From Desulfotalea psychrophila LSv54 (lineage in GTDB: Bacteria; Desulfobacterota; Desulfobulbia; Desulfobulbales; Desulfocapsaceae): 32,000 bases of DNA. Below, in pieces: positions 1-9,443 of this stretch. The stretch is taken from assembly GCF_000025945.1 (NCBI RefSeq), contig NC_006138.1:1980001-2012000 (forward strand), in the 5' to 3' direction. Position numbers and translations under genes: made by a program. Position 1 is the first letter of the stretch. Each line of letters starts with the position of its first letter. The notes under the pieces are model-generated. The model saw only the letters and a list, made by a program, of their open reading frames with translations, searched no databases and had not been told where the DNA came from.

Positions 1-1112
1 GGCAAATTTCCTTCTCTTTTTGGTTTTTCTTTTTGGGTGGAGGGCTCTTTTATGGTCTCCTCAGTCTTCTCGGTTATTCACTGCCCGCCTCGGAACTGGG
101 GGTAACCTTTGGCCCCACCATTACCCGGCCTGAAGAGATGCAGATGCTCGGAGCCTATGGAGTCTTTTTCTTCTCTCTGGTTTGGTTGGCCCGCTATCAT
201 CTGCTGGATGTGACCCGTAGGTCTATCCTCTGGCAGAAGGCAGACAGTCCCGGGCCCGAGTGGCTCGATGTCAGGATTAGTTTCTGGGGTGCCATCATTG
301 GCACAATAGCCCTTGTTTGTTGGTATGTATACTATGGCACTGCGCCCTTGGTTGCCGTTCTTCTTGTTTTCTCTTTTTTCATGATAACTATCGTTGCTAC
401 CCGTGTTATTTGTCAGGGAGGCCTTGCCTATTTCACCCTGACAGCTGCTCCCATGGATGGCCTGATAGCCTTTTTGGGGCCTAAGTTTTTTACAGGGATA
501 AACGCTCTCATTGCCGGTATCAGTCAAAAGGTGCTCTTTGTTGATCTGCGCGAATCGCTGATGCCCTCTCTTCTGCAAGCGGCCAGGGTGCAGCGAAGCA
601 ATTGGCCCCGTGGGCTTCTCTTCTCCTCAATTCTTCTAACCATTGTTCTCTCTCTCTTTACCTCCTGCCTTGCCATGCTCACCCTCTGCTATCGTTTTGG
701 TATCCGAGAGCTGCAACAGGATTGGGCCGCCACCACCAGTATTGCTGTCTATGAAAATATTTCCCGCCTGATGAATACTCCGCCGGAGACCGGGAGCTGG
801 GTCTTTGGTTTTACCATGATGGGGGCGGTGGTTATGTTACTGCTCGTTGTCTGCTATCAGCGTCTGCACTGGTGGCCCCTTCATCCCCTCGGTTATCTCA
901 CTGTTTATAGTTCGGCGATGCGTATTCTCTGGTTGAGCTTTTTTCTTGGCTGGTTATGCAATGCGCTCTGTATGCGCTACGGTGGAGTACGTCTCTTTAA
1001 AAAACTCCAGTTCTTTTTTATTGGTTTGATTATAGGTGACTTTAGCATGGGTGGTATTTGGGCCATTATCGGTCTCTTTACCCGTATGAGTTATCAGGTC
1101 CTGCCAAACTAA
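1..1112 (+). CDS. Polytopic membrane protein, DUF6785/DUF6784 (OPT-like) type, C-terminal part; 5' end truncated by window edge
   Basis: The frame is open from position 3 (QISFSFWFFF) before the TTG called at 33, so the gene starts outside the window. Multiple hydrophobic segments; HPLGYLTVYSSAMRILWLSFFLGWLCN...YGGVRLFKKL...FFIGLIIGDFSMGGIWAIIGL resembles the C-terminus of DUF6785-type proteins. Confidence 0.65.
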   Translation, partial: QISFSFWFFFLGGGLFYGLLSLLGYSLPASELGVTFGPTITRPEEMQMLGAYGVFFFSLVWLARYHLLDVTRRSILWQKADSPGPEWLDVRISFWGAIIGTIALVCWYVYYGTAPLVAVLLVFSFFMITIVATRVICQGGLAYFTLTAAPMDGLIAFLGPKFFTGINALIAGISQKVLFVDLRESLMPSLLQAARVQRSNWPRGLLFSSILLTIVLSLFTSCLAMLTLCYRFGIRELQQDWAATTSIAVYENISRLMNTPPETGSWVFGFTMMGAVVMLLLVVCYQRLHWWPLHPLGYLTVYSSAMRILWLSFFLGWLCNALCMRYGGVRLFKKLQFFFIGLIIGDFSMGGIWAIIGLFTRMSYQVLPN

Positions 1113-1169
1113 GTTTTCGAGCCACCCTTTAGGGATAATGAAAGCCAGCAACCTCTTCTTTGGAAAATT

Positions 1170-3134
1170 ATGTACGATGATAAAGAGCTAAAAGAATATA
1201 GGGACCTGCTCCCGACTCCTACTCATTTTGAGGAGGGATTTGATTGGAAAACCATTATAGGCGCTGTTTTTATTGGTTTTTTGATGATGCCGGGATCCAT
1301 GTATCTGCAGTTGGTTATTGGCCAGGGTATTGGCCCTGCCGCCCGTTGGGTGACCATTATTCTTTTTGCTGAGATTGCCAAGAGGGCCCATTCGGAGCTT
1401 AAACAGCAGGAAATATTTTTGCTCTACTATATGGCAGGTGCAGCCCTTGCCTCGCCATTTTCCGGTCTTCTCTGGAACCAGTATCTGGTCCAGTCCGATG
1501 CCGCCAGGATGCTTGGGGTTACCGAATTCATCCCTGCCTGGATAGCTCCTTCTCCGGAATCAGAGTCCATGTTGGAGAGGACTTTTTTTCATCGAGACTG
1601 GATGATTCCCATCCTTCTCCTGGTGGGTTCCCAGATCATCCAGCGTATCGATCATTTTGGCTTGGGTTATGCCCTCTATAGAATCACCTCAGATGTGGAA
1701 AAACTTCCATTTCCCATGGCTCCGGTGGCGGCTCTTGGCACCATGGCCCTGGCTGAATCGGCCGAGGAGAAGGAGGGGAAGGGGAGTTGGAAGTGGAAGG
1801 TCTTTTCCATAGGGGCGGTCATAGGTCTGGGCTTTGGTGCCATCTATGTTGTTCTACCCATCGTCTCGGGACTCATCTTTACTGAACAGATCCGCCTCAT
1901 CCCCATTCCCTGGATTGAGTATACCCGCTATACCGAAGACATTCTGCCCGCTGTGGCCACCGGTCTCCAACTTGATCTTGGTCTGGTCTTTATCGGCATG
2001 GTACTGCCATTTTGGGCTGTTATTGGTGGCTTGGTGGGTCTGCTCATCACCTTTGCCCTCAACCCCATCCTCTATTCGGCAGGAGTTTTGACCCGTTGGC
2101 ATCCCGGCATGGGGACCGTTGATACGGTCTTTGCCAATAATTTTGACTTTTATATGAGCTTTGGCATTGGTCTCGGCCTTGCCATTGCCGCCATCGGTAT
2201 CTGGTCTGTTGCCCGCTCCCTAAAGGGCAGCAAGGGGCAGATGGGGACTCTCCATGATCTCTTTCATCCGCCCCCCGGGCGTGGTGATTTTAATTTTTGG
2301 ATATCCATTGCCATTTACGTATTTTCAACCCTTGCCTATATTGGTCTCTGTATCTTTTTGGTACCATCCTTTCCCTGGATGTTCTTCCTCTGCTATGGAT
2401 TTATCTACACTCCGATAATTTCATATATTACGGCGAGGATGGAGGGTATTGCCGGTCAGTTTGTCAGTCTGCCTCTGGTTCGGGAGGCAAGCTTTATTGC
2501 CGGGGCCAAGTTCTTTGGCTATCAGGGCATTGAAATTTGGTATGCTCCCATTCCTATTCACAATTATGGCGAGGCAACGGTGCAGTTCCGGCAAATAGAG
2601 CTGACCGGTACCTCGCTTCGAGGAATTATTAAGGCAGAGTTCCTCGTTCTGCCCATTGTTCTTACAGCCAGTCTGCTCTTCTCCCAATTTATCTGGCAAC
2701 TGGCCCCCATTCCCTCTGCCAGCTACCCCTTTGCCCAGGAGCTTTGGCATCTTCAGGCCCTCAACACCCTGCTTATGCAGACATCTACCCTGGAGGGCAA
2801 TTCCGTTTTTTATCAGGCCCTTAACAGCGGCACTGTTTTTTCAGGGCTTGGCTTTGGTCTGTTGATGTATATGGTCCTCAGCTTTTTTGGTTTGCCCGTC
2901 CTCCTTATTTATGGAGTGGTGCGTGGTCTTGGCCAATCGACCCCCCATGGCCTTGTCCTTGAGGTCTTAGGGGCCCTGTTGGGCAGGTATTTTTTTCTTA
3001 AGAAATATGGCCCCATGTGGCGGCAATATGCACCGGTCCTGCTGGCGGGGTTTTCCTGTGGTATGGGCCTCAGCGGTATGTTTGCCATGGGCTTTGCCCT
3101 GATCATGAAGTCGCTTAGCCATATGGCCTTTTGA
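1170..3134 (+). CDS. Large polytopic membrane protein, DUF6785/OPT-transporter-like
   Basis: 654-aa ORF with ATG start, many transmembrane segments, GQGIGPAARWVTIILFAEIAKRAHSELKQQEIFLLYYMAG. Same orientation as the preceding family member. Confidence 0.65.
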   Translation: MYDDKELKEYRDLLPTPTHFEEGFDWKTIIGAVFIGFLMMPGSMYLQLVIGQGIGPAARWVTIILFAEIAKRAHSELKQQEIFLLYYMAGAALASPFSGLLWNQYLVQSDAARMLGVTEFIPAWIAPSPESESMLERTFFHRDWMIPILLLVGSQIIQRIDHFGLGYALYRITSDVEKLPFPMAPVAALGTMALAESAEEKEGKGSWKWKVFSIGAVIGLGFGAIYVVLPIVSGLIFTEQIRLIPIPWIEYTRYTEDILPAVATGLQLDLGLVFIGMVLPFWAVIGGLVGLLITFALNPILYSAGVLTRWHPGMGTVDTVFANNFDFYMSFGIGLGLAIAAIGIWSVARSLKGSKGQMGTLHDLFHPPPGRGDFNFWISIAIYVFSTLAYIGLCIFLVPSFPWMFFLCYGFIYTPIISYITARMEGIAGQFVSLPLVREASFIAGAKFFGYQGIEIWYAPIPIHNYGEATVQFRQIELTGTSLRGIIKAEFLVLPIVLTASLLFSQFIWQLAPIPSASYPFAQELWHLQALNTLLMQTSTLEGNSVFYQALNSGTVFSGLGFGLLMYMVLSFFGLPVLLIYGVVRGLGQSTPHGLVLEVLGALLGRYFFLKKYGPMWRQYAPVLLAGFSCGMGLSGMFAMGFALIMKSLSHMAF

Positions 3135-3244
3135 CTCTTTTCTGCTCATTGTCTTTTAAGGGTAAAGAGATTACCTTGATATAGGCAGTTAAGAACTACC
3201 GTCCCCAGAGCTTTCAGAGCTGTTTTTTTATCAGGAGGTTTATT

Positions 3245-3835
3245 ATGCAGAAAAAAAATATCTTTCTCTCCTTTTTCTCTCTAATTTTTGTCCTTGCCTT
3301 TGCTCAGACGGTCTTCTCAGAGGAAGTTCCCGAAAAGATTAGTGTTTTTTCGTTGGGAAGTTTGATCGCCTCCTATGAGTGTCCAATGTACAATAATTAT
3401 CTGAGCACCAAGGTAGTGCCCATGACTGGAGTTTTTCGTAAGGCAAGCCTCTATTCCGGTACCTGTAAGTCTCCCGGAGAAATACTTAAGATGAAGTTTA
3501 AGTACAGGGATAGGAGTCGGAAGTTTTTTAATGCCCTGCATGAAAAAATAGCTGAGCAATATGATCAAAAAGGTGTCTGGGAGGGAGATTCTTTTGGCAT
3601 TCTTTCCGTCTGGAAATGGCATTTTATCGATAAAGATGGGCAAAGTGTTTCCCTTGCCATCGAGTATAATGAAAAAAACACCGAACTGAGCATGGGTACG
3701 GTGATAAAACTTGCCTACCCTGTACGTATAGAGGAAGAGAAACTCTGCATTATTAAGAAGAATAAGATCGAAGTTGAGCGGAAAACCCTTCCCGATATAG
3801 AAGATCTCAACTGGCAGGAGTTACTTCCTCAATAA
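3245..3835 (+). CDS. Hypothetical secreted protein with N-terminal signal peptide
   Basis: 196-aa ORF, MQKKNIFLSFFSLIFVLAFAQTVFSEE signal peptide, upstream AGGAGG at about 3234-3239. Confidence 0.7.
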   Translation: MQKKNIFLSFFSLIFVLAFAQTVFSEEVPEKISVFSLGSLIASYECPMYNNYLSTKVVPMTGVFRKASLYSGTCKSPGEILKMKFKYRDRSRKFFNALHEKIAEQYDQKGVWEGDSFGILSVWKWHFIDKDGQSVSLAIEYNEKNTELSMGTVIKLAYPVRIEEEKLCIIKKNKIEVERKTLPDIEDLNWQELLPQ

Positions 3836-3836
3836 G

Positions 3837-4709
3837 ATGCTTTCTCCTCAAAAAAACGAGCAGGGGAATATTCTGCGAGCTGTTCACTGGAATGGGATAG
3901 CTCTTACCATTCCTTTGCAATGGGAGATTGTGGTGCAGGATAAGAATCGACTTATCTGTGAAGACCAGCTTCAGCCCGTTTTTGAGCTGCGCTGGTTTCG
4001 GCAGACAGATAAGGACCTTGACTATCAACGTCAATGTGAGCGGGTGGGGTATCAGGTTAAGTTTATTCCTCTTCCCCCCGGGCTGGAATCGCTTGCCCAG
4101 CGCTATCAGATTCGGGCCTTTAAGAAAAAAGAGTCCCCTCAGCTGGCCGGATTTTTTGCCTACTGTCCGCACTGTCAGACAGGTATCACTATCCAACTCT
4201 ATAAACATAATCTCTCTTCTCAGGAGGATATATTAGAGATATTAATGAGCATGGATTGTCATGGGGATGCTCGTGTCTGGGAAATTCAGGATTTTCGCTT
4301 TGCCCTGCCAGGCAAGAAAGATAGCCTCTGGCAATTAGAGAGGTATAGTTTTGCCCCTGCCCTTACTCATCTCCAATTCACCCGTGGGCCTCTTGGCCTT
4401 CATATCTGCCGAATAGCGGCCTCGGAGGAGAGACTTGCCGAGCAGGGTATTGATGAAATACTTGAGGTTCTCTGTGATAGAAAGGGCTTGCAGGTGGAGG
4501 AGGGCGAGGGTGGTCTGCGTGGTTGGCATGCACCTTCCATTTTTCAGCAGATAACTCTAAGGAGTCAGAGAAAAAAGCCCTTTATTGAGTCGAGAATACG
4601 GCATCTGCCGGAAAAAAACAGAATTCTGGTCTGCATGCTGGAGAGTAAAAAACCGATTGAGGTCTCTCTGGTGCAACAGATATGGCAAAGTTATGACATT
4701 GTTCTCTAG
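3837..4709 (+). CDS. Hypothetical protein in PqqD-like gene cluster
   Basis: 290-aa ORF starting immediately after the upstream stop and overlapping the downstream PqqD-like gene; contains a CPHC motif. Confidence 0.65.
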   Translation: MLSPQKNEQGNILRAVHWNGIALTIPLQWEIVVQDKNRLICEDQLQPVFELRWFRQTDKDLDYQRQCERVGYQVKFIPLPPGLESLAQRYQIRAFKKKESPQLAGFFAYCPHCQTGITIQLYKHNLSSQEDILEILMSMDCHGDARVWEIQDFRFALPGKKDSLWQLERYSFAPALTHLQFTRGPLGLHICRIAASEERLAEQGIDEILEVLCDRKGLQVEEGEGGLRGWHAPSIFQQITLRSQRKKPFIESRIRHLPEKNRILVCMLESKKPIEVSLVQQIWQSYDIVL

Positions 4710-5085
4710 AAAAAAACCGGCAGAGGTAATGCCTGCTATTACCCGTGAGGAGGCACTCGCCGGGATACCGGCAAAGAATCCCACCGTGAAAATCATTGGT
4801 CAGGATGATGGTACCTTGATGCTCTCCTACACCCTTGCCCTTCGGCCGATATGGGGAGAACTTCTCAAGCGTTTCACCGGAAAGGCGGAACAGGAGACCA
4901 CTAAAAAGCTGGTCCTTGATCAGATGGGTAGTCAGGTGTGGCAACTCATAGATGGCAAACGATCTGTTCGGGAAATAATTCTCTCCTTTGCCGGGGCAAA
5001 TAACATTGGCTGTAAGGAGGCTGAGACTGCTACTACCAGTTTCTTGCGTGAATTGGGAAAACGTAAGCTCATTGCCATTGGCTAG
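4693..5085 (+). CDS. PqqD-family / RRE-like small protein
   Basis: The internal ATG at 4693 (MTLFSRKKPAEVMPAITREEAL...) is preferred over the ORF-track start at 4585, because it leaves a 17-nt overlap with the upstream gene. LDQMGSQVWQLIDGKRSVREIILSFA resembles a PqqD fold. Confidence 0.6.
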   Translation: MTLFSRKKPAEVMPAITREEALAGIPAKNPTVKIIGQDDGTLMLSYTLALRPIWGELLKRFTGKAEQETTKKLVLDQMGSQVWQLIDGKRSVREIILSFAGANNIGCKEAETATTSFLRELGKRKLIAIG

Positions 5086-5096
5086 GGTCCGTCCGT

Positions 5097-5906
5097 CTAG
5101 CCACCAATCCGTTTTTTTCCTAGTAGGCGTGTGGCTACTTTTTGTAGATCTTCCCAGGTGGGGCGTTTCATTTCATCATTTTTCAAGAGATAACTTGGAT
5201 GATAGGTTGCCAGTACGGGGATAGTCTGTCCCTTAAGTAGTTCAATCTGGTAAAACTTACCCCGTAAATGGGAAAGGGAGTGTGGTTTACCCAACACCTT
5301 TCTGGCGGCAAGGGTGCCCATTACACAGACCATCTCTGGTTGCAGTAGCTCTATTTGTCTGTGCAACAGGCGCAGGCAGGAATCGATATCTGCTGCCTCC
5401 GGGCGATCACCTACCCGTAGAGCACATTTGACCAGATTGGTAACAAAGACATTGGCTGCTGGTAATTTCATGGCGGCAAACATGCGGGCTAACATAAGAT
5501 CTTCTTCGGCCCCAAAAACAGCGGAGCGGAGAGTCTCATTGCCATCAATGCGCCAACCGCCTACAACCAACAGGCGTACCTGTTTGCCACCCTTACCAGC
5601 GACAAAGGCCTGTTGCCGGGTTTGCAGGCCACAGTTGGCACAGAGTTTCTTGAGATCGGTGCCCTCTGTCTTTGTGGGAGCAGGTTCTTTGACTACGGTT
5701 GCAATCGGGGTGACGGGTCGGTACTCTCTGGCCTTAGGGGGACGAGAGACAGCCTGTGGTGGAGGCGATGGGATGGTAGCAGGAGCCTCTGCCTGGTAGG
5801 CGAGGAAATCCTGCAGGCCTTCACGGTCCGGATACTCTTTGATGCCTAAAATTTCATGATATTGTAGCAGGTTGTATAGGTCTGTAATTATCTCTTTTTT
5901 ACTCAC
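5097..5906 (-). CDS. Uracil-DNA glycosylase superfamily protein, divergent family-4-like
   Basis: LCANCGLQTRQQ, VFVTNLVKCALR, RGKFYQIELLKGQTIPVLATYHPSYLL match the Fe-S UDG pattern; N-terminal proline-rich extension. Confidence 0.8.
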   Translation of the reverse strand: MSKKEIITDLYNLLQYHEILGIKEYPDREGLQDFLAYQAEAPATIPSPPPQAVSRPPKAREYRPVTPIATVVKEPAPTKTEGTDLKKLCANCGLQTRQQAFVAGKGGKQVRLLVVGGWRIDGNETLRSAVFGAEEDLMLARMFAAMKLPAANVFVTNLVKCALRVGDRPEAADIDSCLRLLHRQIELLQPEMVCVMGTLAARKVLGKPHSLSHLRGKFYQIELLKGQTIPVLATYHPSYLLKNDEMKRPTWEDLQKVATRLLGKKRIGG

Positions 5907-6259
5907 TTTTCTCTTTCTCGTATAAAACTTTGTATTTTCACAGAGATCTATTGCCCGACTCGTCTCTTCTCTCTATAATACCTGTAATCAGGTGGTAAGT
6001 GGCTCATTAACAATAATAACTACATAATAAAATATTATGTCTATTTCACAGTATAAATGTAACAGATGTCAGCGTCTTTTTGAACACGTAGAAAATCAAA
6101 AAGAGGAAGAAATTTAATGTGAAAAGTGCGGCTCAACGGAGGTGGAGAAGGTGTCTGCTATTGGCCTGAAGATGAGCGCTGCTGGTGACTGTCCGTTAAA
6201 TTCACCTTTTTTTGAGCTTGGTAAGGTACCCAGTTTGGGTGTCACTGTTATCTTGCTGC

Positions 6260-6571
6260 TTACTGGGAAAAATCATAGACTCTCTCATTTTTTTTCAATA
6301 GGCCCTGCTTTTCCCGAGCTACCTTTTCAATATATTCAGGATCATTTATTAAACGATCATTTTCTTTTTGAATTTGCTTGTTTTCAGCCTGCAAGTCAAT
6401 CGTTTTTTGCTGGATACTCTGCAGGTAATTCTTCTGCTTGCAGAGGGTATAGTAGCCTGTTTGAGGAGAGAAGATAATCCATAGTAATGCAATGACAATT
6501 AAAACGATGGATATCTTGATGATGGTCAGCCGTTGTGCTGAGCTTAGTTTGGTGGAGATCTTTTTTTTCAT
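6260..6571 (-). CDS. Septum formation initiator (FtsB/DivIC-like) small membrane protein
   Basis: One transmembrane segment followed by a coiled coil (LQSIQQKTIDLQAENKQIQKENDRLINDPEYIEKVAREKQGLLKKNE). Start at MKKKIST or at 6598 is ambiguous. Confidence 0.75.
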   Translation of the reverse strand: MKKKISTKLSSAQRLTIIKISIVLIVIALLWIIFSPQTGYYTLCKQKNYLQSIQQKTIDLQAENKQIQKENDRLINDPEYIEKVAREKQGLLKKNERVYDFSQ

Positions 6572-6588
6572 AGTCGTAGGGAAAATAA

Positions 6589-6993
6589 ATGAAAACATAT
6601 CTTATAAGCGCTTGCCTGGTTGGTCTCTGTACTCGATACGATAACCAGTGTAAAAAATCTGCTGCCTGCATGGAGCTCTTACAGGATGCCATATGGATTC
6701 CCGTATGCCCAGAACAATTAGGCGGTCTTGCCACTCCGCGTTCCCGGGCGGATATTGTTGGCGGAGACGGCTCTGATGTGCTCGCTGGTAAGGCCCAGGT
6801 GCTCACAGCTACCGGGGTGGATATTACGGAGGCATTTATAAAGGGAGCATATCAGGTGCTCTCCATTCTTCAGCAGCAGAATATTGACGGCATCTTTTTT
6901 AAGGCAAAAAGTCCATCCTGTGGAGTTGTTAAAAAATTAGGAGTGACCGCTGCTCTCCTGCAGCAACACGGCTATCAACCGCAAGAATTTTGA
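6589..6993 (+). CDS. DUF523 family protein
   Basis: ISACLVGLCTRYDN...IPVCPEQLGGLATPR...GKAQVLTATGVDITEAFIKGA...IDGIFFKAKSPSCG is the characteristic DUF523 pattern. Confidence 0.9.
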   Translation: MKTYLISACLVGLCTRYDNQCKKSAACMELLQDAIWIPVCPEQLGGLATPRSRADIVGGDGSDVLAGKAQVLTATGVDITEAFIKGAYQVLSILQQQNIDGIFFKAKSPSCGVVKKLGVTAALLQQHGYQPQEF

Positions 6994-6998
6994 GGAGC

Positions 6999-7694
6999 CT
7001 AGCGAATTCTGAGAATTATCATGGTGATAATGCCGCCCTCATAGAGCAGATAGAGGGGCCCGCCCATAAGGAGCATGTTTACCACATCGGGCGTTGGGGT
7101 TAAAACGGCTGCGGCAACGGCAATGGCAAGCAGGGCATAGCGTCTGTTTTTCTCAAAAAATTTTCTGCTGACTACCTGGACCTTGGCCAGGAATATCATA
7201 AAAATAGGAAGTTCGAAGATAAGGCCAAAGGCAAGGACGAATATGGTGACAAAGTTGACAAAACGACCGACGGAAATAACGGGACGCAGTTCAGCAGAGC
7301 CGTATCCTAGAAGGAATTTGATGCCAAAGGGCAGGGTTATCAGGTAGCAGAACATTGTTCCCACATAAAAGAGCAGGCAGGTTGCCACGATAAAACAGTA
7401 GAGGGCAAGACCACTTACTCCAAATGGTTTAGCTATGGCCCGCCAGATAAAGGTCATAATGAGTGGCATCAGGACAAAAAGTGAGCCAAAGAGGGCCAGT
7501 TTAATATGGGCGAGAAATGGGCCTGCCACGGAAAAAAAGTAGAGCTCATCGGAGAGGTGCGCTTGCACCAGTTGGAGTAGTTCAGGACTGAGAAAAAAAA
7601 TCACTGCAGTACAGATAACTACTGAACTTACCAAAATCTTTACTGATTTACGCATTTCTTGTAAAAAAACAATAAGCGTTTGGTGCACAGCCAT
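6999..7694 (-). CDS. tatC: Sec-independent protein translocase TatC
   Basis: LAHIKLALFGSLFVLMPLIMTFIWRAIAKPF, FVTIFVLAFGLIFELPIFMIFLA, RRYALLAIAVAAAVLTPTPDVVNMLLMGGPLYLLYEGGI; six hydrophobic segments. Confidence 0.85.
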   Translation of the reverse strand: MAVHQTLIVFLQEMRKSVKILVSSVVICTAVIFFLSPELLQLVQAHLSDELYFFSVAGPFLAHIKLALFGSLFVLMPLIMTFIWRAIAKPFGVSGLALYCFIVATCLLFYVGTMFCYLITLPFGIKFLLGYGSAELRPVISVGRFVNFVTIFVLAFGLIFELPIFMIFLAKVQVVSRKFFEKNRRYALLAIAVAAAVLTPTPDVVNMLLMGGPLYLLYEGGIITMIILRIR

Positions 7695-8040
7695 AAACCT
7701 TTATCTCCAACAAAAGGGAAAAGAGTATAGATAGTGTGGGGAAATCCCTGGGGTAACGGCCCGGAGTGAAGTTGTCAGCCACCGTAAATAGGTGGCAAAA
7801 TAACAAAAATCTGGATGAAATGCAATTCGATAGACTTGCACTCAGTTAGCCGTCATGCTAAATATTAAGCATAAACGACATCTTGTCTTCTGCAATGAGG
7901 TCTGTTTTGCCGGGTATGCTTTTTATTGTTCAGTGATATATTTTTTGTCAGAAACGATGTATATTTGCGCCTTGCCAACTTTGAGCTTGGTAAGATGAGA
8001 ACAACTTTAACTAATAATTACGATAATAGCGAGATAGACT

Positions 8041-9318
8041 ATGCTTGAATTACGATTCATTCGCGAAAATTTAGATCTAGTACAGGAAAGGTGCAATCGC
8101 CGTGGAATGAGCGATGAACTTATTACCTCTTTCACCGAGATTGATCAAAAACGACTCTCTACCCTCGCTGAAGTAGAAAGCCTTAAAAATAAACGCAATG
8201 TAGCTTCAAAAGAGATTGCTGAGCTCAAAAGAGGTACCGATGAGCAAAAGCTGGAAGCTGAGCCACTCATCCTTGAAATGCGTCAAATAGGCGATAAGAT
8301 AAAAATACTTGATACCAGTCTTAACCAGATCCAGGAAGATTTGGATAAGGTTGTTATGGCAATCCCTAATCTCTGTCAGGATGATGTGCCTGTCGGCAAC
8401 AGTGATGAGGAGAATATAGAGCTCAGGGTTTGGGGAAAAAAACCTGAATTCACCTTTACGCCAAAGGCTCATTACGAACTTGGCGAAGAGGCGGATACCA
8501 TTGATTTTGAACGTGCTGCCAAGATCTCTGGTGCCCGTTTTGCCATCCTTAAGGGTTTTGCCTCCCGTCTTGATCGAGCCCTGACGAATTTCATGCTCGA
8601 CCTTCATACCCAAAAGCATGGTTATACTGAAGTCTTGCCACCATTTTTGGTAAATTCGGCATCTCTGACGGCAACGGGGCAACTTCCTAAGTTTAAAGAG
8701 GATCTCTTTGCCATTAAGGACTGGGATCTCTATCTCATTCCCACCGCCGAAGTGCCTGTTACCAATATCCACCGTGATGAAACCATCGCTGAGCAGGATC
8801 TGCCCATAAAATACACCGCCTTCACCCCATGCTTTCGCTCTGAAGCCGGATCTCACGGACGTGACACCCGTGGTCTTGTCCGTCAGCATCAGTTTAACAA
8901 GGTAGAGCTGGTGAAGTTCACCACCCCGGAACGGTCAACGGATGAACTGGAAAGCCTGCTTGGCGATGCCGAAGAGGTTCTTCAGCTTCTTGGCTTGCAC
9001 TACCGGGTAGTTAAACTCTGTACCGGTGATCTTGGTTTCTCCTCCTCAAAAACCTATGATATTGAAGTTTGGCTTCCCGGTCAGCAGAAATACCGTGAGA
9101 TCTCCTCCTGTTCTAATTTTCTGGACTTCCAGGCTCGCCGAGGCGGTATTCGTTATCGTCCGGAGGGACAAAAGAAGAGTAAGCTTGTCCACACCCTGAA
9201 CGGATCCGGCCTGGCTGTGGGGCGTACCCTGCTTGCCGTTATGGAAAACTACCAACAGGAAGATGGTAGCATCACCATTCCTGAGGTGCTTAAACCGTAC
9301 TTTGAAAACAGGTTTTAA
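8041..9318 (+). CDS. serS: Seryl-tRNA synthetase
   Basis: Full-length 425 aa; N-terminal helical arm; class II motif [32 protein letters not shown] and C-terminal [22 protein letters not shown]. Confidence 0.98.
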   Translation: MLELRFIRENLDLVQERCNRRGMSDELITSFTEIDQKRLSTLAEVESLKNKRNVASKEIAELKRGTDEQKLEAEPLILEMRQIGDKIKILDTSLNQIQEDLDKVVMAIPNLCQDDVPVGNSDEENIELRVWGKKPEFTFTPKAHYELGEEADTIDFERAAKISGARFAILKGFASRLDRALTNFMLDLHTQKHGYTEVLPPFLVNSASLTATGQLPKFKEDLFAIKDWDLYLIPTAEVPVTNIHRDETIAEQDLPIKYTAFTPCFRSEAGSHGRDTRGLVRQHQFNKVELVKFTTPERSTDELESLLGDAEEVLQLLGLHYRVVKLCTGDLGFSSSKTYDIEVWLPGQQKYREISSCSNFLDFQARRGGIRYRPEGQKKSKLVHTLNGSGLAVGRTLLAVMENYQQEDGSITIPEVLKPYFENRF

Positions 9319-9345
9319 GAACAGCTTTCTAGCTCCATGTTAAGG

Positions 9346-9382
9346 CAATTTTAGTGAGTCAGGTATGGACTCACTAAAATTG
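9346..9382. terminator. Perfect 15-bp inverted repeat with 7-nt loop after serS (terminator-like, weak T-tract)
   Basis: CAATTTTAGTGAGTC (9346-9360) / aggtatg / GACTCACTAAAATTG (9368-9382). Confidence 0.55.
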
Positions 9383-9443
9383 ACCTATAGGGGAAGGGAT
9401 AATTATTTAATATCAGGAATAATTCAATTTCAGGGAGACATCG

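Noticed and set aside
1834-2865. Several short ORFs on both strands within the 654-aa membrane protein gene
   Set aside because: They overlap a well-supported full-length ORF and lack domains or ribosome-binding context.
6142-6477. 111-aa plus-strand ORF antisense to the FtsB/DivIC-like gene
   Set aside because: The minus-strand product has a clear TM plus coiled-coil architecture; the plus-strand one has no coherent features.
6211-7994. 15-nt exact match TTTGAGCTTGGTAAG at about 6211 and about 7980
   Set aside because: A match of this length is near chance expectation for a 32 kb window, and the contexts differ.
8206-8889. 227-aa minus-strand ORF inside serS
   Set aside because: Fully antisense to an unambiguous seryl-tRNA synthetase, with no recognisable domain; a shadow ORF.
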